Shown: in pieces, positions 7,699-17,289 of the stretch
Numbering within the stretch: position 1 is the first letter of the stretch
Layout of the letters: each line of letters begins with the position of its first letter
Origin: Oligoflexia bacterium
GTDB lineage: Bacteria; Bdellovibrionota; Bdellovibrionia; JABDDW01
DNA: 25,876 nucleotides
Assembly: GCA_043732305.1 (NCBI GenBank)
Contig: JAYTHU010000190.1
Location: 1 to 25,876, forward strand
Direction: 5' to 3'
Notes under the pieces: model-generated
Databases searched by the model: none
The model's input: only the letters and a program-made list of their open reading frames with translations
Told to the model about the DNA's origin: nothing
Position numbers and translations under genes: made by a program

Positions 7699-10464
7699 GT
7701 GGAAAATTTGAAAGTCTATGAACTGGCAAAACAAATGGGCATGGAAACCATCGGACTGATGGACAAGCTTAGGGAATTTAAAATCCCCGTGAAAAGCCAC
7801 ATGGCCGATTTAAATGAGGAACTCTTAGGGCAAATCAAGCTCAAGTTCGCCGAAGAAAAAACAAAGAGTGCACCGAAAGCCGCGAAAGGCACAAAAACTA
7901 AAAAAGCTCCGGCGAAGGTCGAAGTTTCAAAAGCTATTGCTGCAGCACCTACCGCTGCCATTAAATCTACAAAATCTGCTGCTAAGTCCATGATGATCAC
8001 AAAGCCCGTTACTGCTGCAAGAAAACCTCTGCCAGGCGCAGTGGCTCCAATTTCAAGAACAGTGATCAGACGTAAAGCGGGTGCAGCCGATGAATTGCCA
8101 CTTATTGAAGGCGAAGTTCAAGAGCAATACGCGAATATTATTTCAACTCCCGAACTTTATACCGAAACAGAAACGCCAAGCGCTTCTCCTTCGGTGACTG
8201 CAGCTTCCGTTTCTTCCCCCGTTGTTACTGGCGCAGGCGCAGCAGCTCCTGTGGCCATGGCTGCAGCTGGAGCTACTGCACCCATGATTCCTGTCAAACG
8301 TGGAGTTTCACAGATCATTTCAAAAATCGATTTAAGAACCACCATGGGAAACACTCAGCATCGTAGCGGTGCGGGTCGACCTCCTTTCGGTAGTTCCGGC
8401 GGCCCCGGAATGTCCACGGGAGTTAACGGTGACAGACCTCAGCGTCCTCCTATGGGCGTGGGATCAGCTCCTACACCTACTGGCGACGAGAAATTCGATC
8501 GCGAAGAGCTTGGTAAACTGATTAAGCAAGAAGCATTAGTTCAAGCGAAGAAAGCCGCAGCTTTGCTGCGGGAGACCAAGATTGAAACATTCAATGCCGC
8601 GGATTTTAGAAAACGCGAGTTGATGTTCCAACCTAAGAAAAAGAAAATGCTTACCGGTCGTATGGGATTAAAAACTCAAATCACTAAGCCTGGCGCTCAA
8701 AAAAGAAAAATTAAAATTCAAGGCGGTATCACTGCTTTGAATCTCGCTCAAGCGATGGGAATGCGAACCGATCAGTTTCTACGAAAACTCACTGCACTCG
8801 GAACTGAAGGCGCTATCGCTTCAACACTTCTTGATGTGGATACTGCCACGCTGATTGCACATGAGCAGGGTTACGAGATCGAAAATCGTGAACGTTCGGA
8901 AGAACAAATGATTGAGCAATCCCAAGTCACCACGGCAGAAAGTGCCGACATGGTGCCGAGACCTCCTGTTGTCACCATCATGGGTCACGTCGATCACGGT
9001 AAAACTTCTTTACTGGATGCGATTAGGTCAACCAATGTCACTAAAGGTGAAGCTGGTGGTATCACCCAGCACATTGGTGCTTACTGCGTAGAAATTGACG
9101 GAAAGCGAATCACATTCTTGGATACTCCTGGTCACGAAGCCTTCACGGCGATGCGTGCTCGCGGTGCCAAAGTCACTGACATTGTTGTTTTGGTTGTGGC
9201 GTCCGATGACGGCATCATGCCCCAAACTCGAGAAGCCATTGCGCATGCTAAAGCCGCTGGAGTTCCCATCATTGTTGCTATCAACAAAATGGACGTCCCC
9301 GGTGCTAACCCTCAAAAGGTCATGCAAACTCTCACTGAATTTGAATTGGTCCCTGAAGAATGGGGCGGAACAACAATCATCGCGAAAGTTTCTGCACTGA
9401 AAAAAGAAGGCATCAAAGAACTTCTAGAAATGATTCTACTTCAAGCAGAAATTTTAGAACTCAAAGCTCAGCCCAATAAACAAGCGAGCGGTGTGGTTAT
9501 TGAAGCCAGACTTGATCGTGGTCGCGGAACTGTGGCAACAATTTTAATTCAAGACGGAACTGCAAGACTCGGCGATATTATTGTAGCAGGTACGGCTTAT
9601 GGCCGCGTGCGCGCGATGATGAACGACAAAGGTCAGCAGATGAAGACATGTCCTCCTGGGGAACCTGTCGAAATTCTTGGACTAAATTCTGTGCCTAACG
9701 CGAGTGATACTTTTGTAGCGGTTGCTGATGAAGCGACAGCGCGTGAAATTGCAGAACGCAGAAGCATTGCTCACAAGCTTGCGACTGGTCACCCAACTAT
9801 GAAGATGACCCTCGAAGATCTCTTTGCGAAAGTTCAGAAGTCTGAAGTCAAAGAACTTCCAATTATCATTAAAACTGACGTTCAAGGTTCTGCCGAAGCT
9901 ATCAAAGACATGTTGAACAAAATTGAATCAGAAAAAGTTAAAGTCAAAATTCTTGCAAGTGCTGTCGGTGGAGTCACTGAGAGCGATGTTCTTTTGGCTT
10001 CTGCATCTAATGCAGTCATTATTGGTTTCAACGTTAGACCCGAAGGCGGAGTCAACGCGGTTGCTGAACGAGAAGGGGTTGAAATCAAATCCTACTCGAT
10101 CATCTATGAACTTTTGGATGATGTAAAAAAAGCGATGTCTGGAATGCTTGCTCCTACATTTGTGGAAAAATCTTTGGGCAGGGCTGATGTGCGTAACGTC
10201 TTTGCCGTTTCCAAAGTTGGAACCATTGCAGGTTGCTCGGTCACAGAAGGCAAGCTCACGAGACAGTCTTCGGTGCGATTGCTCCGAGACAGCAAAATTA
10301 TATTCGACGGTAAACTCAGTTCCCTCAAACGTTTCAAAGATGATGCGCGTGAAGTGGCCGCAGGATACGAATGCGGACTTGGAATTGAAAATTATAATGA
10401 TATCAAAGTTGGCGATGTGATCGAAGCGTACGTGAAGGAACAAGTTCAGACGCTTTTGAATTAG
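7699..10464 (+). CDS. infB: Translation initiation factor IF-2
   Basis: N-terminal [39 protein letters not shown] and [11 protein letters not shown] start with AAGGA at 7689-7693. Confidence 0.99.
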   Translation: MENLKVYELAKQMGMETIGLMDKLREFKIPVKSHMADLNEELLGQIKLKFAEEKTKSAPKAAKGTKTKKAPAKVEVSKAIAAAPTAAIKSTKSAAKSMMITKPVTAARKPLPGAVAPISRTVIRRKAGAADELPLIEGEVQEQYANIISTPELYTETETPSASPSVTAASVSSPVVTGAGAAAPVAMAAAGATAPMIPVKRGVSQIISKIDLRTTMGNTQHRSGAGRPPFGSSGGPGMSTGVNGDRPQRPPMGVGSAPTPTGDEKFDREELGKLIKQEALVQAKKAAALLRETKIETFNAADFRKRELMFQPKKKKMLTGRMGLKTQITKPGAQKRKIKIQGGITALNLAQAMGMRTDQFLRKLTALGTEGAIASTLLDVDTATLIAHEQGYEIENRERSEEQMIEQSQVTTAESADMVPRPPVVTIMGHVDHGKTSLLDAIRSTNVTKGEAGGITQHIGAYCVEIDGKRITFLDTPGHEAFTAMRARGAKVTDIVVLVVASDDGIMPQTREAIAHAKAAGVPIIVAINKMDVPGANPQKVMQTLTEFELVPEEWGGTTIIAKVSALKKEGIKELLEMILLQAEILELKAQPNKQASGVVIEARLDRGRGTVATILIQDGTARLGDIIVAGTAYGRVRAMMNDKGQQMKTCPPGEPVEILGLNSVPNASDTFVAVADEATAREIAERRSIAHKLATGHPTMKMTLEDLFAKVQKSEVKELPIIIKTDVQGSAEAIKDMLNKIESEKVKVKILASAVGGVTESDVLLASASNAVIIGFNVRPEGGVNAVAEREGVEIKSYSIIYELLDDVKKAMSGMLAPTFVEKSLGRADVRNVFAVSKVGTIAGCSVTEGKLTRQSSVRLLRDSKIIFDGKLSSLKRFKDDAREVAAGYECGLGIENYNDIKVGDVIEAYVKEQVQTLLN

Positions 10465-10481
10465 GAAGTAGTACAGATCCT

Positions 10482-10952
10482 ATGAGTGAAAATCAAAAAA
10501 AGAAAACCCACCGCGTAGAGCGGATGAATGACATGTTTCGCGAGGCTATCGCAAAATATATGATTTACGGGCCGGGCTCTGCACTTGGCTTTGTCACGAT
10601 TACTCGCGTGAAGGCTACGCCAGATCTTGGAAAGGCCCGGGTTTCCTTTACCGCCATGGGAACTTTAGCTGAGAATAAAAAGACGTTGATCACGCTTCGA
10701 AAATCCGCCAAAGAAATCCGCTATCATCTCGCACAAGAATTAAATCTTAGAAACACTCCCGAACTTGAATTCTTTTATGATGACGAGTTAGAGGAAGCCT
10801 ACAAGCTCGAGCGCGTTTTCTACGACATTCAACAAAAAGAAAAATTGATTAAAGCAGAAGCTGAAGACGGCGACAAAACTGAAACACCAGAGCCCGTAGA
10901 GACAGCAGAAACATCTGACATCGAATCCAAAAAAAACGACGAAGAAAATTAA
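10482..10952 (+). CDS. rbfA: Ribosome-binding factor A with an acidic C-terminal tail
   Basis: RVERM, VTITRV..TPDL..ARV and LRNTPELEFFYD; follows infB. Confidence 0.93.
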   Translation: MSENQKKKTHRVERMNDMFREAIAKYMIYGPGSALGFVTITRVKATPDLGKARVSFTAMGTLAENKKTLITLRKSAKEIRYHLAQELNLRNTPELEFFYDDELEEAYKLERVFYDIQQKEKLIKAEAEDGDKTETPEPVETAETSDIESKKNDEEN

Positions 10953-10972
10953 ATTGAGAGAATAATTTAAAA

Positions 10973-11941
10973 ATGATCGATAAAAAATCACGGCTATTAT
11001 TTGCAAAGCTGATTTCTAAAAACGACAAATTTATAGTTTCCGGTCACCAAGGCCCCGACGGCGATGTGATTGGATCTACCTTGGCAATGACTTTGGGCCT
11101 AAGGGGACTTGGAAAAAAAGTCTTAGCTTTCAATCATGACGGATGCCCCGGGACTTTAAAATTCCTATATAAATCTGATTCATTTAAAAATGAAATTCCT
11201 AAAGCATTTGCAAATGCGATTTTGATCACTGTTGATTCCGGGGATATGGCCAGACTTGGTAGCAAAATCGCTGCTGGTAAATTTAGCGAAATCTGGAACG
11301 TCGATCATCATCACAGCAATACAAAATTTGGAAAATATAATTTCATTGACGTAAAAGCCGGAAGCACAGGCCAAGTGGTTCATGATCTTCTTTCAGGCAT
11401 CAAAGGCTTCAAGCTCACTAAACCCATCGCTCAAAGTATTTTCTGCACTCTCAGCACAGACACCGGAAGTTTTAAGTATAGCAACGCCACTCCTGAAGTT
11501 TTCAATCTGGCAGCTAAATTAGTTGAAGCGGGTGCGGAGCCCGACGTGATCAGTCAGGCGCTTTATGAAACTTATCCTCAGCGCCGCTTGTTACTATTGC
11601 AAAAAGTTTTACAAACTTTAAAATTCGAACTCGGCGGGAAATTTGCCGTTATGATTTCTACTCTCAAAGATCTCAAAGATTCTGGCGCGCTGAGTGAAGA
11701 TTCAGACGAGTTCGTGAACATGCCTCGAGGAGTTGTGGGAGTGAAAATCGTTTGCTTCCTTAAAGAAAAATCTTCCACTGAATGGAAAGTTTCCTTTAGG
11801 TCTCGGGACGGGATCAAAGTGTTAAAACTGGCCCAGAAATTTGGCGGCGGCGGTCATGAACTTGCTGCTGGCGCGACCATCCAAGGAAATTTAAAAGATA
11901 TTTTAGCGAATTTAACGGGCGAGGTTCAAAAAATAATATGA
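10973..11941 (+). CDS. nrnA: DHH/DHHA1 bifunctional oligoribonuclease/pAp phosphatase
   Basis: H..PDGD.IGS, VDHH, TDTGSF and GGGGHELAAG motifs; usual position between rbfA and truB. Confidence 0.92.
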   Translation: MIDKKSRLLFAKLISKNDKFIVSGHQGPDGDVIGSTLAMTLGLRGLGKKVLAFNHDGCPGTLKFLYKSDSFKNEIPKAFANAILITVDSGDMARLGSKIAAGKFSEIWNVDHHHSNTKFGKYNFIDVKAGSTGQVVHDLLSGIKGFKLTKPIAQSIFCTLSTDTGSFKYSNATPEVFNLAAKLVEAGAEPDVISQALYETYPQRRLLLLQKVLQTLKFELGGKFAVMISTLKDLKDSGALSEDSDEFVNMPRGVVGVKIVCFLKEKSSTEWKVSFRSRDGIKVLKLAQKFGGGGHELAAGATIQGNLKDILANLTGEVQKII

Positions 11942-12936
11942 GCATAGACAGAACGATTGATAGCAGAGCCACCACTAAAAACAGATCGCCCGTCAGCGGC
12001 GCGATATTAATAGACAAGCCCGCTGGAATCACCAGTCACGATGTGGTCAGTCATGTTCGCAGAGTTTTTAACACTCGAGAAGTCGGCCACGCGGGAACAC
12101 TCGATCCCATCGCCACTGGACTTCTCATTTGTCTTTTGGGTGAAGCGACCAAACTCAGTCAGTATGTGATGAGTGAAGAAAAGTCTTACCGCGTGGGAAT
12201 CAAATTCGGACTAAAAACTGACTCTGCAGATATCTCTGGAAAAACAGTCTCAGAAAAAAAATCAGAACGTTTGGAAACAATGCTCGTCGCACATAAAAAC
12301 ACTCCCGATGGAACTTATGCCGCGGACTTTGAATGGTTTAACACCAAAATTCAATCACTTGTGGGCGCGCTGAATCTTCCTGTTCCTAAATATTCGGCCG
12401 TTAAAGTCGCTGGGCGAAAACTATATGAATATGCTCGCGCTGATGAAGACGTCGCAATTCCTGTCAAAGAGATGGTGATTAAAAGTGCGCTGCTCATTGA
12501 TTGGAGCTCTAATCGCGCGATCATCGACCTTCATTGTGAAAAGGGAACTTACGTCAGATCCTGGGTTGAAAAACTTGGAGAGCTTCTTGAGTGTGATGCC
12601 ACAGTGGAAACGCTTCGTCGCACTCAATCAGGTCCGTTTGATCTTAATGACGGATTTAGCGTTGAAAAATTAGAATCAATGGACGATCAAACCCGAGACA
12701 CATCTGTGATCCCTATGGCCGAAGTTTTGGGCGGCTGGCCCGCGCTGAAAGTTTTAGGGCGTGATGAAGTTTTAGTGCGCAATGGCCAAATTCCGAAAGG
12801 GATTTACAGCCAGATTTTGCACTCCGATGTTCGTGACAAGGGTGTCAGACTTCTCTCTGAAAATGGCGCCATGCTCGCTCTTGTAACTCCCGATGAGACC
12901 CGAGGCTTAAAGCTTGCGCGTGTCTTTCAGGTGTGA
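11938..12936 (+). CDS. truB: tRNA pseudouridine(55) synthase
   Basis: IDKPAGITSHDVV, GHAGTLDP (catalytic Asp), YSAVKVAGRKLYEYAR, KGTYVRS and LRRT. Confidence 0.97.
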   Translation: MSIDRTIDSRATTKNRSPVSGAILIDKPAGITSHDVVSHVRRVFNTREVGHAGTLDPIATGLLICLLGEATKLSQYVMSEEKSYRVGIKFGLKTDSADISGKTVSEKKSERLETMLVAHKNTPDGTYAADFEWFNTKIQSLVGALNLPVPKYSAVKVAGRKLYEYARADEDVAIPVKEMVIKSALLIDWSSNRAIIDLHCEKGTYVRSWVEKLGELLECDATVETLRRTQSGPFDLNDGFSVEKLESMDDQTRDTSVIPMAEVLGGWPALKVLGRDEVLVRNGQIPKGIYSQILHSDVRDKGVRLLSENGAMLALVTPDETRGLKLARVFQV

Positions 12937-12954
12937 TATCTCCGTTCCTAGATC

Positions 12955-13023
12955 CATAATTTACTACACTGGCGGAGGCGCCTTGCCGACGTTTTCATTG
13001 CCGGTGGTTTCAAAGGAGCGTCC
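12955..13023 (+). promoter_or_regulatory. Putative rpsO promoter (-10 CATAAT) and structured leader
   Basis: CATAAT at 12955-12960; stem CACTGGC(12967-12973)/GCCGGTG(13000-13006) with a U.G pair; SD AAAGGAG at 13012-13018. Confidence 0.55.
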
Positions 13024-13293
13024 ATGGCTATCACAAAAGAAATCAAGCAGACCGTTATTAAAAAACATCAAAGATCAGAATTGGACACAGGAAGCCCCGA
13101 AGTTCAAGTCGCTTTGATCACATCTCGTATCAACGATTTAACTGAACATTTCAAAGCTCATGTCAAAGACGTCCACTCACGTCGCGGCCTCCTTAAATTG
13201 GTTGGTCAAAGACGTCGACTCTTGGAATATCTTAAGAGAAACGATCTTCAAAAATACAAGACACTCATCGGTTCTCTCGGAATCCGCAAGTAA
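13024..13293 (+). CDS. rpsO: 30S ribosomal protein S15
   Basis: [28 protein letters not shown] and LGIRK; 89 aa. Confidence 0.99.
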   Translation: MAITKEIKQTVIKKHQRSELDTGSPEVQVALITSRINDLTEHFKAHVKDVHSRRGLLKLVGQRRRLLEYLKRNDLQKYKTLIGSLGIRK

Positions 13294-13344
13294 TCTAAAT
13301 CTGCTCGAAAACATTCGAGAAAACTTAAATACAGGAGTTACTTC

Positions 13345-15471
13345 ATGTCGATACATCCAAGCTGGAAAGTTGTCTCTGAGACTTTCAAATTTGGTGATAA
13401 AGAAATCACCTTAGAAACCGGCAAAATGGCTAAACAAGCCGATGGTGCCGTTTTTGTTTCTTGCGGAGACACTCGAGTTCTTGTGACCGTGGTTTCAAGC
13501 CCTGAAGCTAAGCCAGGCCAAGACTTTTTTCCTCTCACTGTTGAATATCAAGAAAAGTATTACTCTTCTGGAAAAATTCCCGGCGGTTTCTTTAAACGAG
13601 AAGCTAAGCCCACCACTGATGCCACATTAAATGCGCGCATGATTGATAGGCCTATTCGCCCCATGTTTCCTGAAGGATATTTGAACGACACGCAAGTTGT
13701 TGCGGCTGTCATGTCCACCGACAACTCCATTGAACCGGGAGTGCTCGCAAGCATTGGTGCTTCCGCTGCTCTCACAATCAGTGACATTCCTTTCAACGGA
13801 CCTACCGCAGCTATTCAAGTGGCAAAAATTGGTGGCAAGCTCGTAGCCAATCCCGCACTTGCGGATTTGGAAAAAGCCGACATTGAAATGATCATTGCTG
13901 GATCTGAAAAAGCTATTTTGATGGTTGAAGGCGCTGCAAATTTCGCTTCAGAAGCAGAAATGTTTGAAGCTCTCAAATTCGGTCACGAGACCATGCAGTC
14001 AGCTATTAAAGCGATTGAGAATTTGCGCGAAAAAGTTGGAAAACAAAAACGAATTTTCACTCCTGCTCCTGTAGACGCTGATTTGAAAACTTCTGTTGAA
14101 AATTTCTTGATGCCCAAAATCAAAGCGGCTCTTGGAATTAAAGAAAAACAAGCGCGCTACGAAGGTTTTGCAACAGCTAAGAAAGAAGCATGGGATAAGT
14201 TTTTCTCCAGCACTCCTGAAGCTGACATCAAAACCAAGAAACTTTTGTTGGGTAGTTTTGTTGAGAACGTGAAATATGTGGCCGCTCGCCTCATGATCAC
14301 AAACGACAAAATTCGCATCGACGGACGAGGTCTCACTGACATTCGCCCTATCACATGCGAAGTTGCAATTTTGCCCCGTGCCCACGGATCAGGATTATTC
14401 ACTCGCGGAGAAACCCAAGTTTTGGGTATCACCACCTTGGGAACTTCTGATGATGAACAGATGATCGATTCGATCACTGGCAATTATTATAAAAAGTTTT
14501 TGCTCCATTACAATTTCCCTCCCTACAGCGTAGGCGAAGTGGGTCGTATGACAGGAACCGGGCGCCGAGAAATTGGTCACGGATTTTTGGCAGAACGCGC
14601 ACTCAAAGCTATTATGCCTGACTACGATAAATTTCCTTACACCGTCCGCATCGTTGGTGAAGTCACCGAGAGCAATGGTTCAAGCTCCATGGGTACAGTT
14701 TGCTCAGGTTGCATGTCCATGATGGATGCAGGAATTCCTATCAAAGAACCAGTTGCTGGAATCGCAATGGGTCTGATTAAAGAAGGAAACGAATTTGCAA
14801 TTCTCTCTGACATCTTAGGTGATGAAGATCACTTGGGTGACATGGATTTCAAAGTGGCCGGAGGAAAAGGCGGAATCACCGCGTTCCAAATGGACATCAA
14901 AATTGACGGCGTGACATTTGAAATCATGGAAAAGGCTTTGGCTCAAGCAGCTGTTGGCCGCATGCATATTTTAAATGAAATGCTGAAATCCGTGAACACA
15001 GTACGTTCGGACATCAGTCCTTTCGCACCAAGAATTACTAGCATTATGGTCAAGCCAGAGAAAGTGCGAGAAATCATTGGCCCCGGGGGCAAGATGATCA
15101 AATCTATCATCGAGCAAACTGGCGTTAAGATTGATATCGACGACACCGGCAAAGTGAATATCGCTACCAGTGATTCTGCTGCCGCCGCAAGAGCTTTGGA
15201 AATTATCCGAGGAATTTGTGCCGAAGCAGAAGTGGGACAAGTCTACAAAGGTAAAGTCAGAAAAATCACTGACTTTGGTGCTTTTGTCGAAGTCCTCCCC
15301 GGAACAGACGGACTTTTGCACATCTCTGAAATCGCTCATGAACGCATCCGGTCTGTGACCGACGTGCTCAAAGAAGGCGACGAGATTGAAGTTAAAGTTC
15401 TTGATGTTGACCGTACTGGTAAGATCAAGCTTTCCCGTAAAGCTCTTTTGGACAAACCTCCACTAAACTAA
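13345..15471 (+). CDS. pnp: Polyribonucleotide nucleotidyltransferase (PNPase)
   Basis: FFPLTVEY, IPGGFFKRE, FTRGETQ, ESNGSSSM and EDHLGDMDFKVAG, then KH and S1 domains; SD AGGAG at 13333-13337. Confidence 0.99.
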   Translation: MSIHPSWKVVSETFKFGDKEITLETGKMAKQADGAVFVSCGDTRVLVTVVSSPEAKPGQDFFPLTVEYQEKYYSSGKIPGGFFKREAKPTTDATLNARMIDRPIRPMFPEGYLNDTQVVAAVMSTDNSIEPGVLASIGASAALTISDIPFNGPTAAIQVAKIGGKLVANPALADLEKADIEMIIAGSEKAILMVEGAANFASEAEMFEALKFGHETMQSAIKAIENLREKVGKQKRIFTPAPVDADLKTSVENFLMPKIKAALGIKEKQARYEGFATAKKEAWDKFFSSTPEADIKTKKLLLGSFVENVKYVAARLMITNDKIRIDGRGLTDIRPITCEVAILPRAHGSGLFTRGETQVLGITTLGTSDDEQMIDSITGNYYKKFLLHYNFPPYSVGEVGRMTGTGRREIGHGFLAERALKAIMPDYDKFPYTVRIVGEVTESNGSSSMGTVCSGCMSMMDAGIPIKEPVAGIAMGLIKEGNEFAILSDILGDEDHLGDMDFKVAGGKGGITAFQMDIKIDGVTFEIMEKALAQAAVGRMHILNEMLKSVNTVRSDISPFAPRITSIMVKPEKVREIIGPGGKMIKSIIEQTGVKIDIDDTGKVNIATSDSAAAARALEIIRGICAEAEVGQVYKGKVRKITDFGAFVEVLPGTDGLLHISEIAHERIRSVTDVLKEGDEIEVKVLDVDRTGKIKLSRKALLDKPPLN

Positions 15472-15479
15472 GAGGTTCA

Positions 15480-16739
15480 ATGTTCAAGAAGACTGTTCTC
15501 AAATCAGGGATCACAGTTGTAACTGAAACCCACAGACACCAAAGATCGGTGTCCGTGGGTATTTTTGTTTGTACAGGTACACGTGATGAAGAAAAAGAAG
15601 TCATGGGCGCTTCCCACTTTGTGGAACACATGGTTTTTAAAGGCACCAAACGTAGGTCAAGTTATGAAATTTCTCGTAGTATCGAAGCCGTCGGTGGGGA
15701 TCTAAACGCCTACACCACACGCGAGTACACTTGTTTCCACGCTACGTCCTTGAAGGAGGATTTAGCATTAGACGTCGAAGTGCTTGGTGATCTTGTCACT
15801 AACGCCACTTTTAGACCTCGCGATTTTGATCGTGAACGAAAAGTCATTTTGCAAGAAGTTGCGATGACGGAAGATAACGCTGAAGAGTATGCTTTTGATT
15901 TATTTTTCGAAAAACTTTATCCGCGATCATCACTTGGCTGGCCTATTTTGGGAACAGAAGAAACATTAGAAAATATCACTCGCAATAAACTCATGGCTTA
16001 TTACCGAAAACATTATGTCGGATCGAATATCATTGTGGCTGCCGCAGGTGCTCTAGACCACGACGAAGTCGTGGCCTTGGTAGACAAGTTTTTGAAAGTT
16101 CCAAAAGGAAAACGCACGGCTTCTAAGCGTCGCCCGGGAAAACCCGTGGTTGTCAAAGAAGCTCTGGAAAAACCAGGCGAGCAAACTCATGTCATTGTCG
16201 GATTTGACGGCGTGAGTTTCACTGACGACAAACGTTTTCATGCTTTTATTTTAAACGCCTGGTTGGGCGGAGGCATGAGCTCCAAGCTTTATCAAAGCAT
16301 TCGTGAAAAGCGGGGACTTGCTTACACGGTTTACTCACAGCTAATCACGCTGACCGATGGCGGACTACTCACCGTTTATGCGGGCTGCGAAGCCGACAGT
16401 GTCAAAAAAGTTTTGACTGCTATGAACGAAGATTTTAAACGAGTGAAGAGCAAGAAAATGAACCCAAGCGCGCTAAATTTATTTAAGCAGCAAGTGCGCG
16501 GTGGAATTTTGCTTGGTGCCGATGACATGGAAAATCGCATGACTTCATTGGGCGTAAACGAAATGACTTTCGCCGATTACATGCCAGTAGAAAAAGTAGT
16601 TGATGGCATTGAAGCTGTGACTGCCAAAGAAGTTTGGGAACTTTCACAAGAACTCTTAGACAGCAAAAAAATGTCCGTCTTGGTCATGGGCCAAATTCAA
16701 CAAGTCGAACTCAAAAGCTTTCTCGCCAAACTAAAATAA
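15480..16739 (+). CDS. M16-family (pitrilysin/processing-peptidase-like) zinc peptidase
   Basis: Inverted zinc motif HFVEH, GGDLNAYT and GGGMSSKLYQSIREKRGLAY. Confidence 0.95.
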   Translation: MFKKTVLKSGITVVTETHRHQRSVSVGIFVCTGTRDEEKEVMGASHFVEHMVFKGTKRRSSYEISRSIEAVGGDLNAYTTREYTCFHATSLKEDLALDVEVLGDLVTNATFRPRDFDRERKVILQEVAMTEDNAEEYAFDLFFEKLYPRSSLGWPILGTEETLENITRNKLMAYYRKHYVGSNIIVAAAGALDHDEVVALVDKFLKVPKGKRTASKRRPGKPVVVKEALEKPGEQTHVIVGFDGVSFTDDKRFHAFILNAWLGGGMSSKLYQSIREKRGLAYTVYSQLITLTDGGLLTVYAGCEADSVKKVLTAMNEDFKRVKSKKMNPSALNLFKQQVRGGILLGADDMENRMTSLGVNEMTFADYMPVEKVVDGIEAVTAKEVWELSQELLDSKKMSVLVMGQIQQVELKSFLAKLK

Positions 16740-16790
16740 GGTACGCCGTACCATATCCGGAGTTGTGTAAGATATGGGGAAAAAGGTTTA

Positions 16791-17288
16791 ATGATGAATC
16801 AACCGATCGTAAAAATTAAAAAGCTCGGAAACTTTCAGGGTGTTCTCCCACAATACCAGACTCACGGAGCTGCTGGTTGCGACCTCTGCGCAAATTTGCC
16901 CACGCAGTTCGCAGGCTCTGTTGTTTCTGAAGATGTAAATTCATCCGTCATTTTAAAACCTGGCGAGCGTGCGCTTATTCCAACAGCTCTCAGTTTTGAA
17001 ATTCCGGAAGGATATGAAATTCAAATCCGCCCCCGCTCGGGCTTGGCTTTTAAAAATGGGGTTTCGGTGGTGAATGCTCCTGGAACTATCGATAGTGATT
17101 ACCGTGGCGAACTTAAAATTTTACTCATCAATCATGGCGATAAGGATTTTGTCATTAGTCACGGAGACCGCATTGCACAAATGGTAATTGCACCAGTAGT
17201 CCAAGCGGTTTTCGAATGGTCAGACGCATTGTCAGACACTGTTCGTGGTGCGGGTGGATTTGGCAGCACGGGTGTAAACGCGAACTGA
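16791..17288 (+). CDS. dut: Trimeric dUTP diphosphatase
   Basis: Motifs [28 protein letters not shown] and [10 protein letters not shown]. Confidence 0.97.
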   Translation: MMNQPIVKIKKLGNFQGVLPQYQTHGAAGCDLCANLPTQFAGSVVSEDVNSSVILKPGERALIPTALSFEIPEGYEIQIRPRSGLAFKNGVSVVNAPGTIDSDYRGELKILLINHGDKDFVISHGDRIAQMVIAPVVQAVFEWSDALSDTVRGAGGFGSTGVNAN

Positions 17289-17289
17289 C

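Noticed and set aside
7624..7701. nusA and infB are in the same frame, suggesting a readthrough fusion
   Set aside because: A second in-frame stop (TGA at 7645-7647) follows the TAG, and infB has its own SD.
8269..8286. Internal IF2-beta start (GGAG ... ATG 8284)
   Set aside because: The SD is short with an 11-nt spacing and cannot be distinguished from chance.
13304..13319. CTCGAA/TTCGAG hairpin between rpsO and pnp as a terminator or RNase III site
   Set aside because: A 6-bp stem with no U tract is too short for either call.
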